In this document: positions 29,364 through 38,082 of the stretch, piece by piece | How positions within the stretch are numbered: the first letter of the stretch is position 1 | Layout of the letters: the number at the start of each line of letters is the position of its first letter | Translations under genes and position numbers: made by a program | Notes under the pieces: generated by a model | The model's input: the letters and a program-made list of their open reading frames with translations, nothing else | The model's database searches: none | What the model was told of the DNA's origin: nothing | NCBI GenBank assembly: GCA_040006915.1 | Contig: JBDTWD010000002.1 | Coordinates: forward strand, 42,613 to 106,612 | Length of the DNA stretch: 64,000 nucleotides | From: Candidatus Woesebacteria bacterium | GTDB taxonomy: Bacteria; Patescibacteriota; Microgenomatia; UBA1400; UBA12028 | Reading direction: 5' to 3'

Positions 29364-29690
29364 TTACTTATTATGTCCAGTGAAGCTTCCGTGCACTTTG
29401 GCAAACTGGAGTGGCTTTCCCTGTGCAGTGAGATTGATCGCTTGTCGGACATCGGACGAAGTTGCCCCGTGTTTCCATCGTAGCCAACCATATTTATCCA
29501 TGAGTTTCTCAGTGTTTGTATCATATTGTTCATCACTGAGAGATTCGAGCAAGAGCTGATTTAAAAATCCCCGAAGAAGAAATGCCGTAGCCAGAAATTC
29601 TTGCTCCGACACATCCTTGGGGCGAAATTCTTTTACTCTTTGAGTGAAATCACTGAGTGAAATTAAACGAGAGCTTTCAGCTTCTGTCAT
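29364..29690 (-). CDS. Hypothetical protein
   Basis: SD AGGAG immediately after the tmk stop. Confidence 0.65.
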   Translation of the reverse strand: MTEAESSRLISLSDFTQRVKEFRPKDVSEQEFLATAFLLRGFLNQLLLESLSDEQYDTNTEKLMDKYGWLRWKHGATSSDVRQAINLTAQGKPLQFAKVHGSFTGHNK

Positions 29691-29699
29691 ACAATCTCC

Positions 29700-30326
29700 T
29701 TACAACAGTTGTTTTTGTACAGATTTCCAAATTTCTTTCTCCACGTCGGCCAAATCCTTATTCGCATCAATAAGTACCCAGCGATCATGATCATTGACTT
29801 TGGCAAGCGACAAGTACGCTTGTCGCACATCTTCATGGAAACTCATGTTTTCCATTTCCATGCGATTTGACCCACCCGCGGCAGCTTGTCGTCCAAGTCC
29901 CGTTTTGGCATCGACATCTAAAAGTAAAGTCAAATCAGGATACGTATCTTTGGTAGAAATTTTGTTCAGTTCATCAATGAGCTCTACCCCAAACTTACGG
30001 ACCATTCCTTGATAGACCACAGAGCTATCACGAGTTCGATCCATTAACACCATTTTGTGGGCTTCAAGACTCGGGAGAACTAACTCTCGGTAGACTTGCG
30101 CTCTAGCTGCTTGAAACAAAAGTACTTCTGTTGTGTACGCAATCCCAATGTTTTTTGCCGATAAAACCACCTCTCGAATTTGCTCAGAAATCACGGTTCC
30201 CCCTGGTTCGCGAACGACAACCACATCAAATCCTTCTTTGGAAAGACGATCACGAAGCCGTACGATTTGCGTCGACTTCCCCGCACCTTCTCCACCTTCA
30301 AATGAGATCAGATATCCGTGTTTCAT
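29700..30326 (-). CDS. tmk: Thymidylate kinase
   Basis: FEGGEGAGKSTQ, REPGGT, DR..DSS.VYQG and PDLT motifs. Confidence 0.97.
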   Translation of the reverse strand: MKHGYLISFEGGEGAGKSTQIVRLRDRLSKEGFDVVVVREPGGTVISEQIREVVLSAKNIGIAYTTEVLLFQAARAQVYRELVLPSLEAHKMVLMDRTRDSSVVYQGMVRKFGVELIDELNKISTKDTYPDLTLLLDVDAKTGLGRQAAAGGSNRMEMENMSFHEDVRQAYLSLAKVNDHDRWVLIDANKDLADVEKEIWKSVQKQLL

Positions 30327-30357
30327 ACATGTGTTATAGCAAGAAAATATATCCTTG

Positions 30358-30651
30358 TCACTGTACTCGTATCATTCCAAACTGGGGATGATTTTCCGCC
30401 GAAAGTTTTTCGCAACTATTTTTCTGTACTCTCCAGCCTCCAAGCTCAATTTGAGATACATCGCCAAGTCCGGCTTCTGGGGATAATTGGGCAAGCTGTG
30501 CAAAGAAAATCCTTCCATACGCCATAATTGAAGCTTCTTGTTGTCCCATTTGAAATTCCATTTCACTCGAGCAGAATACACGCAAATTCTTCAGTGTTTG
30601 CTGCGTTGCAGTGTCTGGGATTGATGAGATAGCAATAACACGTTCATTCAT
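30358..30651 (-). CDS. Hypothetical protein
   Basis: Strong SD GGAGGTG before the ATG. Confidence 0.6.
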   Translation of the reverse strand: MNERVIAISSIPDTATQQTLKNLRVFCSSEMEFQMGQQEASIMAYGRIFFAQLAQLSPEAGLGDVSQIELGGWRVQKNSCEKLSAENHPQFGMIRVQ

Positions 30652-30708
30652 AGTTCACCTCCAAAAAAAAATGACCCGGGGTATATATAGCAAGATTTGT
30701 AGAGTTTG

Positions 30709-31002
30709 TCACTTCTTTCCATACTGCTCGGTGATGAAAGCTTTCATTCGTTCATGAACTGGCTTATTCATAATTGAGTCTTTCGGTAGAGAGGCAGTTC
30801 CCTGAGGAGCGCTAACTGATTGGTTCAGTTTAGCTGCCTCATTCCCGGCATACTGACTTGGGGTGTTCGCAAACGTATTCGGATCTAGATTCTTGATGGC
30901 AAAAGGTCGAAGTTCTTCACCATCCGGCAGTGGGTTGGCTTTAATTTTTTCTTGTAACTTCTGACGGAATTGACCTGGAACAAACTTTGACATATTTTTC
31001 AT
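30709..31002 (-). CDS. Hypothetical protein downstream of fic
   Basis: The MKNMSK start lies a few nt after the fic stop. Confidence 0.55.
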   Translation of the reverse strand: MKNMSKFVPGQFRQKLQEKIKANPLPDGEELRPFAIKNLDPNTFANTPSQYAGNEAAKLNQSVSAPQGTASLPKDSIMNKPVHERMKAFITEQYGKK

Positions 31003-31006
31003 TCTA

Positions 31007-32014
31007 CTATTTTTGACTACCATTTGCAGAATACCGTACCCCTCTAGTATTCCCATGTTTCATAACGAGTCCGAGTTTTCCCAATGCCTGGATATCATAT
31101 GCCAGAGTACGTACAGGAATTTTTGGGAAACGCCTGGCAATAAAGTCAAAGGAACACAATGGATGATCTGTAATAATGGCAACGATTTCACTCCTCCTGG
31201 GTAAGAGGCTTGAGAGTGGTTTTGATCCCACACTCACACTTTCTTCTCCCACCGTTTTGATATCGGTCAGAATGTGCTCGAGAGCCCACACATATCCTTC
31301 CAACACAAACAGAGTGAACTCTTCTGCATGTCTCGTTGAACGCTCTAAGTATGCATAATATGCCGACTTATGTTCATCAAAGTACTCATCGACCGGTAAA
31401 ATGAATTTTCCAAAGAGCTTACTTTGTTTGAGCTGCCATTGAAGGAGAATCCGTCCGGTTCGTCCATTCCCATCCAAGAACGGATGCATTTTTTCGAAAT
31501 AGTAGTGAAGTCTGGCACTATCAACTATATGTTCTATAAAATCCCGCTCCTTATTGGTCTCGGTCAGCCATACGTCGAGCATAGCTTTGAGCGTATTTCG
31601 ATCAGGAGTCAAATACACCACATTTCCACCACTGTCAAAGACTCCTGACTGCTCTTGCCGTATTTTTCCAGCATCTGCATGAATACCATTCATGACAATC
31701 GCATGGATTCGCTTCAAATGTTCAATCGTAAGGGTGGTGGAGAACGTCTCAAGTTCTTGAATCGCACGATTACAGTTCTCGATTTCTCTTTTTTGAATAT
31801 CCTGTCCACTTCCCTTCTCATAGTCAGAAAAAGTCAGTTGATTCCCTTCAATACGCGCCGAGAAGAGTGAGCTTTTGAGGATCTGGCGATGAAAGATTCT
31901 TTGTGCGACCGTGGCTGAAACCGGAATAGACTCTAACACTTTAGAAAGAAACCTGATTCTTTCCAGATTTGAGGCAACAAGCGTGTTGGAAACAGGATAG
32001 GGAAATTGCAACAT
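31007..32014 (-). CDS. Fic-family protein with an N-terminal inhibitory motif and a C-terminal winged HTH
   Basis: HPFLDGNGRTGR active-site motif, SARIEGN (S/T)xxxE(G/N) motif and C-terminal RTLAYDI..L..LGLV...G.TRG..Y. Confidence 0.92.
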   Translation of the reverse strand: MLQFPYPVSNTLVASNLERIRFLSKVLESIPVSATVAQRIFHRQILKSSLFSARIEGNQLTFSDYEKGSGQDIQKREIENCNRAIQELETFSTTLTIEHLKRIHAIVMNGIHADAGKIRQEQSGVFDSGGNVVYLTPDRNTLKAMLDVWLTETNKERDFIEHIVDSARLHYYFEKMHPFLDGNGRTGRILLQWQLKQSKLFGKFILPVDEYFDEHKSAYYAYLERSTRHAEEFTLFVLEGYVWALEHILTDIKTVGEESVSVGSKPLSSLLPRRSEIVAIITDHPLCSFDFIARRFPKIPVRTLAYDIQALGKLGLVMKHGNTRGVRYSANGSQK

Positions 32015-32060
32015 TGCCTAATATTGCAAGATATTGCTAAATATTGCAAGATGCTGCCGG
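32011..32060. repeat. 10-bp-phased tandem repeats (ATATTGC-based) over the fic promoter
   Basis: acattgccta/atattgcaag/atattgctaa/atattgcaag/atgctgccgg. Confidence 0.75.
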
Positions 32061-32125
32061 ATGCTCGAGCGAAAGAAAGTCACATATGGAGAAGAACAAA
32101 GGAGAAAACTCTGCAAAATAAGTTC

Positions 32126-33688
32126 CTATGCTGGATCTTGTTCGTACGGAGTTCCATTCTTGAGCGCATCTTCGGCTTTTTGCAGTTCTAGTCCCACATA
32201 CATCATATGTCCAGGAATACCGGAATAGTTCCAGTCGGAGATCTGCCAGGCAACCTCCTGAGCAACTCGTCCTTCAAAGATTTTCATTGCCGGCCCCCCA
32301 TTGGGTTCAAAAATCGTGGCTCGGATCATTCGGTCGTTCGTTTTAGGCAACTTGCGTAACATTCGCTCTACTGCCATCGGAACGGCTTGTGTCTCGTACC
32401 GCTTTGACCATACATCCCACATTTGTGCGTCACTTTGTTTAATCACTTCAACGACGACATTTCCTCGGGGATCAAATTCGAAGTGAACCTGAGGGGTATA
32501 CCCAAGCTCTCCTTCGTAATGCTTCATGAGAAGGTCATCGACCAAACCGAAATCGTCTGCATACATATGAGCACTATGGGTGATCATGGTTAAAGGCCCC
32601 ATCTGCATTCCAGCACTATCTGCAATATCTTTTTGCAATTTACGTAACGCAAATGTATTTCGCGGCCAGCCATGCACCATATCTTGGCTTCTGAAATGAC
32701 AAGTGAAGAAGAATTTATCGTCTTGAACAGAGCCTAATACCATGGTCAGACACGGCGTATCGCCTTTATTTGCCTCTGCCCAATCACGAACCGGATTAAT
32801 TGTAATTGCGACCATTTTTTTACTGTCTGGCCGATTTTTGAGCAATTTTTTAATTTCATCAATTTGGTTCACGCCTAAATCTTCACGTAAACGTTTACCG
32901 TAGTTATACGCTACCCCAGGGATTTGTCGCGCGGTCATCATTTCTGCGTAGTAGGCTTCAAGCTCAAAGCGTGCAAACGGTAAATATTCTGGGAAATAGA
33001 TATCTTCAGGATTTTCATCAGTAATGACTGCGGTTAAATTCAACACTTCCTTCAAACTATTATCTTTACTGTATCGTGTATGTTTGGGTCTGCCATACTT
33101 TGATATCTCATTTAAAAGTTTAAGCCAGGTCTTTGCAACTTTGGGTGATGAGACACGAAAGCCTGTCTGTTCACTCGGTAACAACTGTACTTTCGGTTCG
33201 CTTCTCGGGAATTCACGACGACGCTTGGCGAATGGTTCAATAGTTTTTTCAGAGAGCTCACGAGCTTTGGCGATAAAATCTGCACCACTCTTGCCCCGAC
33301 AATCAACGACGGCAACCATTTCAGCGAATTCTTTCAAGATTTCATCCGGAAGTTCGGCTTCAATCTCTCCTCTAGCGCCAACGATTCGACGATTCTCATC
33401 CACTCCTTTTTCCACCAACATTTTAAGGGCTTGTCCTGATTGACTCATCTCTGCTCCCCAAATCAAGATTACACGAATGTGAGGATTCGCAAAGATATTA
33501 CGAATCATGGCATTGATCCCTTGCGCAGAATACAAATTACCAATCGTGTTGTACTCCACATCCTTTAGCAACCCCTCAACGGCTTGTCGCTCAGTCCAGA
33601 GGCAGCAAATAGCGAGATGATGTTTAGGATTTTTGACTTTGAGAACGTCTTTATAAAAGAGGGGCCAATTTTTTACATCAATGGGCAT
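32126..33688 (-). CDS. thyA: Thymidylate synthase fused to N-terminal MtrA-like and C-terminal DUF4346-like domains
   Basis: The core has YNYG.RL, TPCL, FRSQD..GWPRN and SAHMY. The N-terminus has AICCLW..GINAMIRNIFANPHIR..SGQAL..GVD. The C-terminus has DPRGN...HMMYVGLELQKAE.AL..G.PYEQD. Confidence 0.85.
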   Translation of the reverse strand: MPIDVKNWPLFYKDVLKVKNPKHHLAICCLWTERQAVEGLLKDVEYNTIGNLYSAQGINAMIRNIFANPHIRVILIWGAEMSQSGQALKMLVEKGVDENRRIVGARGEIEAELPDEILKEFAEMVAVVDCRGKSGADFIAKARELSEKTIEPFAKRRREFPRSEPKVQLLPSEQTGFRVSSPKVAKTWLKLLNEISKYGRPKHTRYSKDNSLKEVLNLTAVITDENPEDIYFPEYLPFARFELEAYYAEMMTARQIPGVAYNYGKRLREDLGVNQIDEIKKLLKNRPDSKKMVAITINPVRDWAEANKGDTPCLTMVLGSVQDDKFFFTCHFRSQDMVHGWPRNTFALRKLQKDIADSAGMQMGPLTMITHSAHMYADDFGLVDDLLMKHYEGELGYTPQVHFEFDPRGNVVVEVIKQSDAQMWDVWSKRYETQAVPMAVERMLRKLPKTNDRMIRATIFEPNGGPAMKIFEGRVAQEVAWQISDWNYSGIPGHMMYVGLELQKAEDALKNGTPYEQDPA

Positions 33689-33843
33689 AGAAGAATTTTC
33701 TACAAATTAGGATTGCCTGTACACAAGAGGTGAACATAGCAAACCCAAAGACAAGTTGCAAGCAGAGAGAAAGATTGAAATATAAATTTCTATGTTATTT
33801 CCGTTTTATCGATGTTTCTTTTAAATGTTCAAGGCCTATATCA

Positions 33844-34025
33844 TTGATTACACTTCCATTTTAGGATATAATATTCCTCTTGTTTACCGAAACTTCCTCC
33901 ATCACGGAAGAATGATTTTGTTCTCAAGATCGCTCTTTTACTTTGCTCCCATTTTTTAGGATTACATTCAGTCTCAATTCCTGAGGTTGAATGTAGTCCT
34001 AAAACACATTATGAGGAGAAGAATC
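33844..34025 (+). ncRNA. Structured 5' leader, copy A of a shared motif
   Basis: TTGATT-N17-TATAAT promoter; CCATCACGG at 33899-33907; ATCGCTCTTTTAC at 33929-33941; 23-bp hairpin at 33954-34004; SD GAGGAG. Confidence 0.6.
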
Positions 34026-34520
34026 ATGCCTGAAAAAACTGAATACGGGTTCACTGACGAGCAATTTTCGGCGGTGATAAGTCTCATAGCCATTCTCGAT
34101 CGTCCAATGCAACTGAGGCCAGTCCTCCGCTGGTTGCCTCTCTTAACAGTGAGTCAACAAGTCACGTTCCTGCGAGGGTGCGGCGAACTCCTGAGAAAAG
34201 TCCAACCGGGGATACGAACGGATCAATCTCAGAATGAACCGCGAGTACAAAAGCTCAGTTTTGCTGAGCCATTGAAAGAACTGCTGCGGCAGGTACTATC
34301 GTTTGATCAACTCGCCCATGTTTGGATAGTGATCAAAACACGAACTGGAGAAGAATTTCTAGAGACTGAACGTATTTTTGTTGACGCGGTAGAACGTGAG
34401 ATTCTAGTTTCATCAACTGGAGAACAAGTTGATCTGTTCGTGGCATTCGCAATTGAAACGAAATCCGAGGTGCTTATCAGTTGCGTGGCAGATGCAATTG
34501 CAGTCTGGATTGGCGAATAG
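34026..34520 (+). CDS. Hypothetical protein
   Basis: SD GAGGAG before MPEK; followed by a terminator. Confidence 0.65.
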   Translation: MPEKTEYGFTDEQFSAVISLIAILDRPMQLRPVLRWLPLLTVSQQVTFLRGCGELLRKVQPGIRTDQSQNEPRVQKLSFAEPLKELLRQVLSFDQLAHVWIVIKTRTGEEFLETERIFVDAVEREILVSSTGEQVDLFVAFAIETKSEVLISCVADAIAVWIGE

Positions 34521-34554
34521 CATTGCTAGGCAGGACAAATTTCAAAGTAAAAGA

Positions 34555-34590
34555 GAAAAGCGTCTTTCCATATGGAGAGGCGCTTTTTTC
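34555..34590. terminator. Bidirectional terminator-like hairpin between the hypothetical gene and topA
   Basis: AAAAGCGTCTTTCCA-TA-TGGAGAGGCGCTTTTTT. Confidence 0.7.
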
Positions 34591-34615
34591 GTAGTCCACT
34601 TTCTATAGATAAGAT

Positions 34616-36685
34616 CTACGCCTTCTTGGCTTTCGTAGCTTTTTTTTCTTCGGCCTTGGCGGCCTTGGCAGCTTCAATTTGCTCTGGAGTCTTTGGAGGA
34701 TTTACTGAATAGGTCATGACCACTGGGTTCTCATCAGTACCTGGTTTTTTCCAACTGGTGAATTTACAGCTTGGGTAGCGAGAGCAGCCATAGAATTTTC
34801 CGCGCTTGCTCGTTTTCTCTCGGACTTCCCCTTCTCCACACTCAGGACAAACAATCCCTTCTACTTTGTAAATTAATTTCCCTGTCATCGTGCATTCTGG
34901 GAACCTTGAACAACTGACAAACTTTCCAAAGCGTCCAGAACGAATCACCAAATCGCCAATACCACAGGTCGGACATTTTTCATCTCCGATTTTTTCCACA
35001 GGAACTTGGGCACGTTCGGCATCTTGAGTTACTTCGGCAACAGTTTTTTCAAAAGGTCCAAAGAAAGATTTGATGGTCTTCACCCATTCTTTTTCACCTC
35101 GGGCAATCGCATCCAAATCATCTTCTAAATTCGCAGTGAACTGATAATCAAGTTCTTTCGGGAAGTTTTTCACCAAAAAGTCGGAAACCGTGGTTCCTAT
35201 TGCAGTTGGAACAAAAGCTTTGGCTTCACGTTCAACATAGCTTCTGATTTCCAGAACGTTAATGATGGAGGCATAGGTACTTGGACGCCCGATTCCGAGT
35301 TTTTCCAAAGTTTTGACCAGCGATGCATCGTTGTAGCGAGCCGGAGGTTGAGTAAACTTTTGTAACGCTTCTAAATCTTGATACGTTAATTTCTCACCAA
35401 CCGCTGTTTTTGGCAAAATGGTGTCATCAGATCCCGGAAAGATTTTCATCCAACCATCAAAGATCAATACTGAGCCGTTGGCTTTGAGTTGATAGGTCTC
35501 TTTGTCTTTTGCGTCCACAATGATAGCGGTTTGATTGTAGATTGCTTCATTCATTTGAGTGGCAATAAAGCGTCGCCAAATCAAATCATAGAGTTTCACA
35601 TGTGATTCATCAAAAGTGGCATTCTGTTCGATTCCCTGCCTGGTTGCTTCAGTCGGACGAATGGCTTCGTGCGCTTCCTGAGCATTCTTACTTTTTGTCG
35701 TAAACACTCGTGGTTTCTCGTACAAATACTTTTCACCGAATTCAGTTTTAATAAAGTCACGGGCTGCATCCACTGCCGAGGTGGAAAGGTTTACCGAGTC
35801 TGTACGGTGATAGGTAATTAATCCTTGTTCGTAGAGATCCTGGGCCAGTTTCATGGTGCGCTTGCTCGTAAAGCCTAAGCGATTAGCTGCTGCTTGCTGA
35901 ATCGTACTGGTGGTAAACGGCGCATACGGACTGCGTTTCTTTTGTGTCTCTTGGATATCAGAGATCACATAATTTGAAATTTTAAGCTGCGAAAGAATCG
36001 GATCAACCTCTTCTTTTTTGTGTAGCTCTAATTCTTTGCCATCTTTTTTCCATAGCTGGATGGTGAGATCTTCACTTTTTGGAGTCTTCACTTTAACAAA
36101 CACTTCCCAGTATTCTTCAGGGATAAAAGCCAGTCGTTCCTTTTCTCGCTCAACGATCAAGCGCAGTGCTACAGATTGCACACGTCCAGCGGACAACCCT
36201 CTGCGGACCTTTTTCCATAACACTGGAGAGAGGTAGTATCCCACCAAGCGATCTAACACCCGACGTGCTTGCTGAGCATCCACTAAATGCATGTTTAAAG
36301 TTCCTGGATTCTCAATGGCATGGAGAATTGCTTCTTTGGTAATCTCATGAAAGGTTGCTCGAACAAATTTCGTGTCTTTCGATTTCTTATCTGTTAAGAG
36401 AGACTGGATGTGCCAAGAGATCGCTTCTCCTTCTCGGTCAGGGTCAGTGGCAAGAAAGACTGTGTCAGCATCTTTGGCTAACTTCTTTAACTTGCTGACC
36501 ACAGCTGTCTTCCCTTCACTCTTTACATACTCAGGTTCAAAATCGTGGGCAATATCAATTCCTAAGGTGCTTTTGGGGAGATCTCTAACGTGTCCCATCG
36601 ATGCTTCGATGGCATAATCAGCACCCAAGAACCGCTTTAAGGTCTTGGCTTTGGTAGGTGATTCGACGATAACAAGATGCTTCAT
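34616..36685 (-). CDS. topA: DNA topoisomerase I
   Basis: LVIVESPTKAKT, ATDPDREGEAI, SAGRVQS, ITYHRTDS and C-terminal Zn ribbons. Confidence 0.98.
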   Translation of the reverse strand: MKHLVIVESPTKAKTLKRFLGADYAIEASMGHVRDLPKSTLGIDIAHDFEPEYVKSEGKTAVVSKLKKLAKDADTVFLATDPDREGEAISWHIQSLLTDKKSKDTKFVRATFHEITKEAILHAIENPGTLNMHLVDAQQARRVLDRLVGYYLSPVLWKKVRRGLSAGRVQSVALRLIVEREKERLAFIPEEYWEVFVKVKTPKSEDLTIQLWKKDGKELELHKKEEVDPILSQLKISNYVISDIQETQKKRSPYAPFTTSTIQQAAANRLGFTSKRTMKLAQDLYEQGLITYHRTDSVNLSTSAVDAARDFIKTEFGEKYLYEKPRVFTTKSKNAQEAHEAIRPTEATRQGIEQNATFDESHVKLYDLIWRRFIATQMNEAIYNQTAIIVDAKDKETYQLKANGSVLIFDGWMKIFPGSDDTILPKTAVGEKLTYQDLEALQKFTQPPARYNDASLVKTLEKLGIGRPSTYASIINVLEIRSYVEREAKAFVPTAIGTTVSDFLVKNFPKELDYQFTANLEDDLDAIARGEKEWVKTIKSFFGPFEKTVAEVTQDAERAQVPVEKIGDEKCPTCGIGDLVIRSGRFGKFVSCSRFPECTMTGKLIYKVEGIVCPECGEGEVREKTSKRGKFYGCSRYPSCKFTSWKKPGTDENPVVMTYSVNPPKTPEQIEAAKAAKAEEKKATKAKKA

Positions 36686-36735
36686 ATGATAGTAAGCGTA
36701 CAACAGGCTCAACGGGAAAGTATAGCATGGGAGTG

Positions 36736-37596
36736 CTACTTCTCCCCTAGCTCCGCCAAGATATCATCTACTTTCGCTACTAATTTTGCTCCCATGTGAA
36801 CGAGTTCTTTGGTTCCCTCACCAGATGGAGAATCATTTGGTCCCGATACGACAAACACTTTTCTTCCTTGATTTACAGCTTGACTCGCAGTTATCAAACT
36901 GCCACTTTTGGCAGCTGCTTCTGTCACTACCACTTCCTGTGATAAGCCTGACACGATTCGATTCCAACGCGCAAAGTTTTGTGGGAGTGAAACTTGCCAA
37001 GGCGGATATTCAGTGAGCAAACAACTCCCATTTTTGAGCATCTTCTCTGCTAGCTTTTCGTTTGAGTGGGGATACAAAGGAGCGCCGAGACCATATCCCA
37101 GTACTGCCACACTTCTCCCTCGAGCTGCGATTGTTGCCTCATGGGCAATCACATCCACTCCATACATAAAGCTCGAAACGATCATATAGCCGGCTTTTAC
37201 TAACTGCGTTGTGAAGTCCCAAGTCACTTTTTTTCCATACTCTGTTACTTTACGTGTTCCCACAACCGCAATCATAGGTTTGGTAAAGTCAGGGCTCTCT
37301 CCTTGTACATATAAAACGATGGGAGGATCAGGAATCTCTGACAATGGTGGGAGTGAAGAAATCAGATGGACATTATTTTCGCTGCAAAACTGTTCGATTT
37401 CCTGAGGATGGTGTTGGTATTTATACGTAGAAATTTCCGTAGCTACTTCTTCAGGAATTCCAATCGTTACGAGCTCGGGAACTGTAACTTTAAGGAGATG
37501 TCCCAAATCAGGAAAACTTTGCTTTAAAATCGCGAATTGTTTTGGACCGATCCCTGGAATCGAAGCCACCCAAGCGGTTAAAAAAAGATTGTCCAT
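36736..37596 (-). CDS. dprA: DNA-protecting protein DprA
   Basis: DPPIVLY, AVVGTR, NRIVSGLS and EAAAKSGSLITA motifs; adjacent to topA. Confidence 0.93.
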   Translation of the reverse strand: MDNLFLTAWVASIPGIGPKQFAILKQSFPDLGHLLKVTVPELVTIGIPEEVATEISTYKYQHHPQEIEQFCSENNVHLISSLPPLSEIPDPPIVLYVQGESPDFTKPMIAVVGTRKVTEYGKKVTWDFTTQLVKAGYMIVSSFMYGVDVIAHEATIAARGRSVAVLGYGLGAPLYPHSNEKLAEKMLKNGSCLLTEYPPWQVSLPQNFARWNRIVSGLSQEVVVTEAAAKSGSLITASQAVNQGRKVFVVSGPNDSPSGEGTKELVHMGAKLVAKVDDILAELGEK

Positions 37597-37619
37597 GTAT
37601 TTACTATACCGTATCAGCA

Positions 37620-38036
37620 TTACTCTCGGCTGCCTTTTGCGTGTTTGATCTTTTCGATTGCGTCTTTTAGAGAATCAGATACAAAAATCCTATCAATGAT
37701 TTCTCTTCGACTTTCTTCGGCAAGTCTCTGTATCAATGCGGTCTCTCCAACAGAAAACAATGCTAAAGTTGAGATATCAGGAAAGAAATATAAGATTTGA
37801 TGAACAATGGCAAAAAAAAGTTCAAATCTTTCAGCTGTTTCGAGATCTTGAAAATATCGCATCCCGTCAATGACCAGTGATCGTTCCTCTTTTACAACTT
37901 CGGAGAACTCATCTTCATCTAGCATCAGGCCCAAACCATAGCGTATCTGCTCACGCGCATATCCTTTGGCTTTTTTGACACCCGCATCTTTCAGACCTTC
38001 AAAGATCAATTCACTTGGATTTTTTTGTTCTTTCAT
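37620..38036 (-). CDS. Hypothetical protein
   Basis: SD GAGGA; 138-aa ORF. Confidence 0.6.
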   Translation of the reverse strand: MKEQKNPSELIFEGLKDAGVKKAKGYAREQIRYGLGLMLDEDEFSEVVKEERSLVIDGMRYFQDLETAERFELFFAIVHQILYFFPDISTLALFSVGETALIQRLAEESRREIIDRIFVSDSLKDAIEKIKHAKGSRE

Positions 38037-38082
38037 AAATCCTCAGATTCTTTCTATTTATTGATGCTATAGTGTAGCAGAT

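Noticed and set aside
32011-32060. Short repeats considered as a CRISPR array
   Set aside because: The units are 10 bp with no spacers and there are no cas genes; treated as a putative operator instead.
36736-37596. DprA substitutions (RWNR for RRNR-like, SSFM for SGL-like) suggesting decay
   Set aside because: The frame is intact and other motifs are conserved; single substitutions are insufficient evidence.
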